From: Candidatus Zixiibacteriota bacterium
Lineage (GTDB): Bacteria > Zixibacteria > MSB-5A5 > RBG-16-43-9
Assembly: GCA_030692925.1 (NCBI GenBank)
Contig: JAUYBY010000093.1
Location: 11,258-75,257 of the forward strand
DNA length: 64,000 nt
Direction of reading: 5' to 3'
The notes below the pieces were generated by a model. That model had not been told where the DNA came from. It made no database searches and saw only the letters and a program-made list of their open reading frames with translations. Numbering within the stretch: the first letter of the stretch is position 1; each line of letters begins with the position of its first letter. The position numbers and the translations under genes are program-made. This document shows positions 57,627-64,000 of the stretch, one piece after another.

Positions 57627-58266
57627 ATTTTATCCCTGCCTTCTCCAAAATGCTGGGATGATGCTTGACCAGTTCATCCCTGAGTTTAGCCCTGGCTCGG
57701 TGCAGATACCATCTCACCGTGGCCTGGGGCATTCCGGTTACCTGAGAAACCTCCTTTATATCCAATCCTTCCAGATCCCTTAGAACGAAAACCGATCTCT
57801 GCTTAGGATTCAGGCTCTCCAGCGCTTCATCCACTGCCAGGCGAATTAACCCTCTCTGATAGACTCCTTCGACATCATTTTTCTTTTCCTTTAGCTCGCC
57901 GATGATGTTATCCAGCACTTCCAGTTTGTGTTTCCGGAATTTTCGAATAAAGTCTATCGAGGCATTGATGGTGATGCGGTAAAGCCAGGTGGATAGTTTT
58001 TTGGTAGTATCGAATCTATGCAGGTTCTGATAGATTTTTACGAAGACCATCTGGGATATATCTTTGGCATCCTCGTAATCACCCACCATCCGATAAGCTA
58101 TCCCAGCTACCTGAACTTTATACCTCTGCACTATCTCCTGGAAAGCCTCCTGGTCACCTCCTTGAGCTTTTTTGATTATTTCTAAAAGCTCCTCCTCCTT
58201 TTTTTCAGATGAATTACTTAGTCTTTCCTTGGCTAATTTTTCATCCTTTAAATTATCAAAGGCCAT
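57607..58266 (-). CDS. ECF (group 4) RNA polymerase sigma factor
   Basis: Region 2 (…DAKDISQMVFVKIYQNLHRFD…STWLYRITINASIDFIRK) and region 4 (…RSVFVLRDLEGLDIKEVSQVTGMPQATVRWYLHRARAKLR). Confidence 0.9.
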   Translation of the reverse strand: MAFDNLKDEKLAKERLSNSSEKKEEELLEIIKKAQGGDQEAFQEIVQRYKVQVAGIAYRMVGDYEDAKDISQMVFVKIYQNLHRFDTTKKLSTWLYRITINASIDFIRKFRKHKLEVLDNIIGELKEKKNDVEGVYQRGLIRLAVDEALESLNPKQRSVFVLRDLEGLDIKEVSQVTGMPQATVRWYLHRARAKLRDELVKHHPSILEKAGIKYEVQKR

Positions 58267-58336
58267 ACAATCTCTTCGTTATAAAATACGCTTGGTTTTA
58301 GGTTGTCGTTTGGTTACTTCTTTTTTTACAAAAAAT

Positions 58337-58747
58337 CTACCTCGGGTAAATCTTTATTCCCTTTTTGTCAAAGAGAGCTGAGGTCACTCCTGGGATTTTG
58401 TTTTCTCGATCATTCAGACCGAAGCCGCAGGAGGGGCTTCCCCTCTTCAGATAAGCAGAGTCTATTTTAAATCTTTTCCCGATGCGAAAAGATAAATTGG
58501 CTCCTCTTAGGAAGAACCTGGTCAGATCCTCACCCGAAGAAGAGACCATTGATTTCCGTCCCTGCTTGATTTTTATCTGCGAGGCTTTTCTGGGAGTGGG
58601 CAGGCCGGCCAACTGTTCCGGACACAAGAATAGACCCTTTCCTCTTTTGACTTGCAGATAGATATTTTTATCCTTTTTGTCTTCTCCATCATACCTGCAT
58701 TTAACCCCAGCCAGGCAGGCTGAAGCAATGAATTTTATCGCTGCCAT
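58337..58747 (-). CDS. DUF523 family protein (TudS-like)
   Basis: ASACLAGVKCRYDG and C-terminal SPSCG. Confidence 0.7.
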   Translation of the reverse strand: MAAIKFIASACLAGVKCRYDGEDKKDKNIYLQVKRGKGLFLCPEQLAGLPTPRKASQIKIKQGRKSMVSSSGEDLTRFFLRGANLSFRIGKRFKIDSAYLKRGSPSCGFGLNDRENKIPGVTSALFDKKGIKIYPR

Positions 58748-58812
58748 TTTTTAGATATGTAAGTTTTCGGGAAGGTAAATCTTCTTTTGGATTTATTCCA
58801 CCTGTGATTATT

Positions 58813-59697
58813 TTAAAATCTCCCGCCCCAGAGATATGGTTGTGGATTTACCAGCCTCCCCTTTAAATGGACCTCATAATGCAGGTGAGGACCAGTTGAA
58901 TAACCGGTATTCCCCACCCTGCCGATTACCTCTCCTCGTTCAACCTCCTGGTGGTCTTGAACCAGGATAACCGAAAGATGTCCGTACGAGCTTTGGTAAC
59001 CATTTCCATGATCAAGCGTCACCAGTTTGCCCAGACCTTTTCGCCAGCCTACGAAACTCACCCTCCCTTTAGCTGCGGCTATTACCGGTGTGCCAATATC
59101 TGCCACTATATCCAGGCCCTGGTGCAGGCCCATCTCTCCGCTAAAAGGATCTGGCTCAATCCCGAATCCCCGGCTGATATAGCCGTTAACTGGATAGACC
59201 GAAGGTGTATGGTCTAAGAAATCTTTTTTCTGGATGAGCTTCTGATATATATGTTCAAACCCTTCTTTCTCCCCCTTAATCTCATCGATCAGCCGGTCGA
59301 GGTCTGTCATCTTAACCTCTGGATAAAGCCCATTATTCTCTATGAGAAACTGGTTTTCATCTTCAAGCTCCCTAATCCTTTCAGTTTTCAAACCTAAGAA
59401 GCTACGGATATTCTGTTCCATCTGACTTAACTCTTTTATCTCTTTATCCAGTTCACTCTGAAAGAACTCCAGATCTAAAAGTTTACCAGCCAGAATCCTG
59501 TTTTCCAACTCCAGGCTGGTGGCTTTAACCTGGTCTATCCTCTGCCCAAAAAAGCCTAAGAAACTGAAGCTAATCGAACTGATGAAAAGAAAGAGACTGA
59601 AGACCAAAAAGTAATTCAATCCCTTGGGCAGAGACCTCTTCAGGAGCCGAAACGTGACCTTGAGTTCAGAATATAGAAGATCTAATGGCTTTCTCAT
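58813..59697 (-). CDS. M23 family (LytM-type) metallopeptidase with an N-terminal TM and coiled coil
   Basis: HQGLDI and GNTGYSTGPHLHYEV. Confidence 0.88.
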   Translation of the reverse strand: MRKPLDLLYSELKVTFRLLKRSLPKGLNYFLVFSLFLFISSISFSFLGFFGQRIDQVKATSLELENRILAGKLLDLEFFQSELDKEIKELSQMEQNIRSFLGLKTERIRELEDENQFLIENNGLYPEVKMTDLDRLIDEIKGEKEGFEHIYQKLIQKKDFLDHTPSVYPVNGYISRGFGIEPDPFSGEMGLHQGLDIVADIGTPVIAAAKGRVSFVGWRKGLGKLVTLDHGNGYQSSYGHLSVILVQDHQEVERGEVIGRVGNTGYSTGPHLHYEVHLKGRLVNPQPYLWGGRF

Positions 59698-59723
59698 CTT
59701 TAAAGAAAGAAGCTTTCGGAAAT

Positions 59724-59752
59724 AACTTACAGAAAGGGAAAGGGATTGTCAA
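59724..59752 (-). promoter_or_regulatory. Candidate sigma70 promoter for the M23 peptidase gene (TTGACA-17 nt-TAAGTT)
   Basis: Minus-strand reading: CGCTTGACAATCCCTTTCCCTTTCTGTAAGTT, about 27 nt upstream of the ATG. Confidence 0.4.
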
Positions 59753-60221
59753 GCGTTATTTTATTAGAATATATTCCCTTTTTAGAATTTTATTCACCAC
59801 CCGGACAAATTTATCCGAGTTTAAGGCTTGAAGGGTATATATATGCCAGCAGGTCTTCTCTGGCAATTTAGAATTGAGTTTTCTTCTCTTAGTGTTATTG
59901 CTCACCTTTTTTCTCCCTTAAGTCTAACCTTTTTTTCCTCTGCTCGAGATTAAGAGCAATCTTTGTGCCTAAGTGCAGAGAGTTTTCACCGCAACTTTTG
60001 CTTTTTTAATTCACTCCCTTGCATTGAATTAAAATGAATTGGATTCAAAGAATCTACAGACAGGTCAAATTTTGTGGAAAAAAAAGATTGACCATTGGCA
60101 ATATTCTATTGGCTTTCCCCCATACTCAAATCCGATTTTTTGTTTTTTACGGGAAATTTTTGTTTGTAATCAAAAGGAAGTTTTGCTATCTTTTCCGAAA
60201 CCTGTATCCTTAGATTAACGT

Positions 60222-60809
60222 ATGCAGAAAAAGAAGACATGGGTGACTCAGGACGACCAGACTCTGGTGAAGGAGGCGCTGGAAGGGAAACAGAAGGCTT
60301 TCAAGCTTCTGATGGAGAGGCATAAAAATGCGGTTCAGCACGTCATCTTGAAGCTGGTTCATAATTACGATGAGTCCCTGGACTTAGTACAGGAAACCTT
60401 TGTCAAGGCTTTTAGCTCCTTGGCAACCTATAAGACAAAATTCCGTTTTACTACCTGGCTTTACCGGATTGCGGCTAACAGCTCAATAGACTATCTGCGC
60501 CGGAAAAAAATCGAGGCTTTCTCCCTGGATCAACCCCGGAAAACGGAGAAAGGTGAATTCGAAATCGAGATCCCGGACCGAACATTTGACCCGGAAAAAG
60601 ATTTTGATCTAAAGCAACGAGAGCTATCAGTGGAAGAGGCAATAGCCTCTCTTCCCAAAAGGTACCAAGAGGTTATCCTGTACCGTCACAAAGAGGACAA
60701 ATCGTATGAGGAGATAGCTTCGATCCTGCATCTCTCCTTGGGCACGGTTAAAGCCAGAATTTTCAGAGCCAGGGTCCTGCTAAAAAAGAAACTCAAACAT
60801 ATGAGGTAA
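60222..60809 (+). CDS. ECF (group 4) RNA polymerase sigma factor
   Basis: Region 2 (…ESLDLVQETFVKAFSSL…FTTWLYRIAANSSIDYLRR) and region 4 (…YQEVILYRHKEDKSYEEIASILHLSLGTVKARIFRARVLL). Confidence 0.9.
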   Translation: MQKKKTWVTQDDQTLVKEALEGKQKAFKLLMERHKNAVQHVILKLVHNYDESLDLVQETFVKAFSSLATYKTKFRFTTWLYRIAANSSIDYLRRKKIEAFSLDQPRKTEKGEFEIEIPDRTFDPEKDFDLKQRELSVEEAIASLPKRYQEVILYRHKEDKSYEEIASILHLSLGTVKARIFRARVLLKKKLKHMR

Positions 60810-60816
60810 TAAAGAC

Positions 60817-61896
60817 ATGAAAAGACATAAAAAAGATTATTTTAAGATCTTTATCTGCGGAGTGATGTTTCTCTTTTTCCCCGCGCTCCTGAAGGCGAAG
60901 GAATTCAACTTCCCGCTGCAGAAGGAATTTACTTTGGAGGAACCTCTATCCCTGGAAGTTGAAGACCCCAGAGGGGAGATCATTTTGGAATCACATAATC
61001 TAAACAAGATCATAATCCAAACCTCCAAGATAGTTGAGGCTAAGGACAGCAGGGAAGCAGAGGAGCTCGCCCAGAGAATCAGAATAGATATCGAGAAAGC
61101 TGGGGCTTTAGTTCGCATCAAGACGAAATACCAGGGGACTGACAGAGGTGGTTTCTGGGAAAGACTCTTCTCAGGTAAAAAATCAGTAGAAGGATATGTG
61201 AGTTATCATATCTTCGTTCCCAAAGATATTCGCGAAGCAGATATCTCGGTAACCAGCGGAGAGATAAGGGCTTTCTACCTTAAGGGGAAGTTGAATCTGA
61301 GTGCAACCTCCGGGGATATTGAGTTAGAAGGGGTTGAAGGAGAAATCTTTTCCTCTGCTACCAGTGGCAATATTCAGGCCAGGGATTTAAAAGGCAAAAT
61401 CAGCCTGGAGGGGACCAGTTCTGATATGCAGGTGAAAAATCTGGTGGGAGATCTGAGCGTAGATTGCACCAGTGGCACAGTGAATATCGAAGACTTTAAA
61501 GGCTCTCTTAAGTCCTCCCAGACCTCAGGAGATTTAGAAGGCAGAGGACTCAAAGGAGACGTAAGCGTTACCACCACCTCTGGGGATGTCTCAGTAGAGC
61601 AGACAGACGGGGGCCTGGATTTAAATTCCACCAGCGGAGATCTTGAAGCTAAAACTCAGATTGTGCCTCCAAGAAACTATTACCTTAAAACTACCAGTGG
61701 AGAAGTTTATCTTTCCATTTCCAAAGGAGCACAGTCGGATTTAAAAATAGAGACCACCAGCGGAGAGATCAGCATGAATGTACCGATGGTCTTAAAAAAT
61801 GCGTCTCGCTATTTACTTTCCGGAAAGCTGGGTTCTGGAGGCGCGAAAATAGAAATAGAAACAGTAAGTGGAGATATAGGCATAGAGGAGTATTAA
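60817..61896 (+). CDS. DUF4097-type beta-strand repeat protein (putative extracytoplasmic, N-terminal anchor or signal)
   Basis: At least 8 repeats of the T(S/T)SG(D/E/N/T)(I/V/L) unit with about 20 aa period (TSGEIRA, TSGDIEL, TSGNIQA, TSSDMQV, TSGTVNI, TSGDLEG, TSGDVSV, TSGEVYL...). Confidence 0.8.
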   Translation: MKRHKKDYFKIFICGVMFLFFPALLKAKEFNFPLQKEFTLEEPLSLEVEDPRGEIILESHNLNKIIIQTSKIVEAKDSREAEELAQRIRIDIEKAGALVRIKTKYQGTDRGGFWERLFSGKKSVEGYVSYHIFVPKDIREADISVTSGEIRAFYLKGKLNLSATSGDIELEGVEGEIFSSATSGNIQARDLKGKISLEGTSSDMQVKNLVGDLSVDCTSGTVNIEDFKGSLKSSQTSGDLEGRGLKGDVSVTTTSGDVSVEQTDGGLDLNSTSGDLEAKTQIVPPRNYYLKTTSGEVYLSISKGAQSDLKIETTSGEISMNVPMVLKNASRYLLSGKLGSGGAKIEIETVSGDIGIEEY

Positions 61897-61900
61897 AAAA

Positions 61901-63025
61901 ATGAAAAAAATCAGCAAATCATCAACCATCTTGATTTTATACCTTTTCTTATTCTTTTTTTCCAGTGCAAACTTGTACGCTCAGGGAAAAAAGAAGACTT
62001 CTCCTGATACCACCGGTCAGAAGATCACCGAGATAAAAATAGGGGATCAGGGGATAACTATCAAGACCCAGGAAGGAAAGGAGATTAAGGAAAAACCAGG
62101 CGAGGTGGTTGTAGGCAAGGAAGGAATCAAGGTAACAACCACAGTCGAGCTGAACGAAGGTGACATCGTTAAGTTCGGGAAGGATATAACTGTGGAGGAA
62201 GGGGAAAAAGTCTCAGGGGATATTGTGGCTATAGGTGGAGATGTGCACGTGAAGGGTACAGTTGAAGGAGATGTAGTATCCATCGGTGGTAATATTTACG
62301 TTACCTCAACTGGTGTCATAGAAAAGGATGCCACCAGTGTAGGTGGGGACGTAAAAAAAGAACCCGGAGCTGTTATTAAAGGACAGACTCAGGGCTTGGG
62401 TTTTCTTCCCGGCAGTTTTTTTGGATTTCACCCCGGCGCTTTTTGGAATCGGGGGATCGGATTTATCTTCACCTTCTTTAAGATACTCTTCCTCTTTTTC
62501 CTGAGTATAATCGCCCTGGCTTTGGTACCCGGAAATATTCAAAAGATAAAAGATGAGGTCTCTCGCAATGCCTGGAAATCCGCTTTAATCGGATTCTTAG
62601 GTGAGATTTTGATTCTGCCGGTATTCATACTTTTACTCATTACCATAATCGGTATACCAGTGGCGATCTTAATTCTTCCTCTTTTTATCCTTATAGCTAT
62701 GATCCTCGGATATGCCAGCGTCTCTCTTATAGTCGGTGAGAAGTTAAAACAGAACACCAATTTAAAACCCCAGACCCAGATGCTGACTTTGGCTTTAGGT
62801 ATCCTGGCAGTCGAATTTATGTCATTATTTGCCAGCTTTTTAAGGATTTTCTGCGGCATATTTTCTCCATTATGTCTGATTTTTGCCATCCTCGGCTTTA
62901 TGATTACCTATGTGGTCTTCACCATCGGCTTTGGCGGTGCCATTTTAACACTTTTAGGCACTAGACCAAAAGAGAAGCCAGTTCCGGTCACCCCTGCTTC
63001 TGAGCCCGTGCCTCCTCAAGTCTAA
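61901..63025 (+). CDS. Membrane protein: signal peptide, bactofilin-like beta-helix repeats, then about 5 TM helices and a Pro-rich tail
   Basis: GDIVAIGGDVHVKGTVEGDVVSIGGNIYVTSTGVIEKDATSVGGDV repeats, followed by a hydrophobic polytopic region. Confidence 0.55.
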   Translation: MKKISKSSTILILYLFLFFFSSANLYAQGKKKTSPDTTGQKITEIKIGDQGITIKTQEGKEIKEKPGEVVVGKEGIKVTTTVELNEGDIVKFGKDITVEEGEKVSGDIVAIGGDVHVKGTVEGDVVSIGGNIYVTSTGVIEKDATSVGGDVKKEPGAVIKGQTQGLGFLPGSFFGFHPGAFWNRGIGFIFTFFKILFLFFLSIIALALVPGNIQKIKDEVSRNAWKSALIGFLGEILILPVFILLLITIIGIPVAILILPLFILIAMILGYASVSLIVGEKLKQNTNLKPQTQMLTLALGILAVEFMSLFASFLRIFCGIFSPLCLIFAILGFMITYVVFTIGFGGAILTLLGTRPKEKPVPVTPASEPVPPQV

Positions 63026-63065
63026 ATCGCTTATCAAGTAAGAAAAAATTTTTCTGTAAATTTTA

Positions 63066-63094
63066 CTTGCTTTTTACCGACTAATAAATTATAA
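63066..63094 (+). promoter_or_regulatory. Sigma70-like promoter TTGCTT-17 nt-TATAAT
   Basis: TTTTACTTGCTTTTTACCGACTAATAAATTATAAT read directly from the sequence, about 58 nt upstream of the GTG at 63152. Confidence 0.55.
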
Positions 63095-63151
63095 TATATG
63101 AGAGGCGGGGGTTCATTTAAACATTGTTATTCGGCCTGAAAGTGAGGCGGT

Positions 63152-64000
63152 GTGAATTTTAGGCTTACGGTTGGGTTTTTCCTTTTTTTACTTCTTTTCT
63201 TTCTTTTCCATTTCCAGCTCGAAGCTACAATCGTCAATCAGTTAGCTTTTGACGTCACCCATATACAGTCCCGCACTTCAGCCGATTTGAACTTAGAATC
63301 AGTTGAGACCATTGCTCAGACCCTCAGGCCAAATTCTAATCGATTAGATGGGGTAGCGGTCTTCTTAGATAGAGTAGGTTACAGCAGTTCCTCAGATTCA
63401 ATCAGATTGCAATTGAGAACCACAGATTTATCCGGTCTTCCCACAGATGTGGTTTTAGCCACCGCCTGGGTTAAGATGACTGATATCCCGGATGGAAACG
63501 CAGACCGGGGTGATTGGCAGCCGGATAATCTTACCCGGGGTTATCAGGTCTGGTTTATATTTGACCAGCCTGTGAATTTATATCCTGATTCAACTTATGC
63601 TTTCACCCTCAATGCTAGAAGGCTTGACTCTTCTAATCGAATAGCCTGTTTTTATGGAGTTAATGGTTATCTTCAAGGAAATGCATATTACAGAAGTTCT
63701 ACTGGTAGATGGATAAGCTTTGGAAGTGATCTGAATTTTATGACCATTAAAGATAAATATTCCTTAGTTGGGATTAGAAGACTCCCCTGGAATTATAAAG
63801 GGGTGATGACTATAGAAAGCGACATAGATCATACCTCAGCCCCCAGCTATGTTGATAGTCTGGGAAGATTTCTGCTAACGGACCAGGATGTAGGAGGGAA
63901 ATGGGGAAAAGGGGTAAAGGGTAAAATACCAGTGGGCAATCTCTGGTTCTGGAATGCGGGAAACGGCGTAAAAGACTCCCTGGGCACTTTTGGTGAAAAA
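63152..64000 (+). CDS. Hypothetical secreted protein (5' partial view; runs off the window; GTG start)
   Basis: My translation: VNFRLTVGFFLFLLLFFLFHFQLEATIVNQ...AVFLDRVGYSSSSDSIRLQLRTTDLSGLP... The frame is open for 283 codons to the window end. No recognisable family. Confidence 0.5.
   Translation, partial: MNFRLTVGFFLFLLLFFLFHFQLEATIVNQLAFDVTHIQSRTSADLNLESVETIAQTLRPNSNRLDGVAVFLDRVGYSSSSDSIRLQLRTTDLSGLPTDVVLATAWVKMTDIPDGNADRGDWQPDNLTRGYQVWFIFDQPVNLYPDSTYAFTLNARRLDSSNRIACFYGVNGYLQGNAYYRSSTGRWISFGSDLNFMTIKDKYSLVGIRRLPWNYKGVMTIESDIDHTSAPSYVDSLGRFLLTDQDVGGKWGKGVKGKIPVGNLWFWNAGNGVKDSLGTFGEK

Noticed and set aside
60197-60225. ECF-type autoregulatory promoter GAAAC-17 nt-CGTA immediately upstream of the second ECF sigma gene.
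   Set aside because: The -10-like CGTA overlaps the annotated ATG, so it would only work if translation started at the in-frame GTG at 60243. The match is short and could be chance, so it is not reported as a feature.

Overview
This 64 kb window is a chromosomal segment from an uncultivated bacterium. It is probably an FCB-superphylum lineage, inferred from a type IX secretion (T9SS) SprA translocon gene and two proteins ending in T9SS type-A sorting domains (NYPNPFNP...YFYR). Most of the window is housekeeping genes, largely on the minus strand. These include dprA, obg, cdaA, folP, ftsH, hpt, tilS, glyQS, recO, ftsB, eno, a polyprenyl synthase, coaD, rsmD, comEA, murB, recG and rpmB. Also present are a PadR-regulated RND/TolC efflux operon, a cystathionine beta-synthase/gamma-lyase pair, a B12-type radical SAM gene and two ECF sigma modules. 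I found no rRNA, tRNA, CRISPR array, transposase, integrase or reverse transcriptase.

Observations worth a second look:
1. An ECF sigma/anti-sigma operon is followed by an HtrA-like PDZ protein in which all three catalytic-triad residues are replaced.
2. A G9 tract sits inside the -35/-10 spacer of the promoter for an operon encoding a secreted zincin-like protein, a TPR protein and an NHL T9SS cargo protein. This is a candidate phase-variation switch.
3. A lipoprotein glutaminyl cyclase lies next to sprA, and many predicted mature N-termini begin with Gln.
4. A T9SS-anchored cohesin-like protein and a dockerin-bearing FG-GAP protein could form a binding pair.
5. The intergenic repeat content is unusually rich. 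It includes a two-hairpin element with compensatory base changes, heptanucleotide tandem repeats butted against stop codons, and nested or in-frame repeat insertions.
6. An AT-rich two-gene cassette (2TM protein plus methyltransferase) lies near a Cas4-like nuclease.

All functional calls come from reading the translated sequences. No database search was run.
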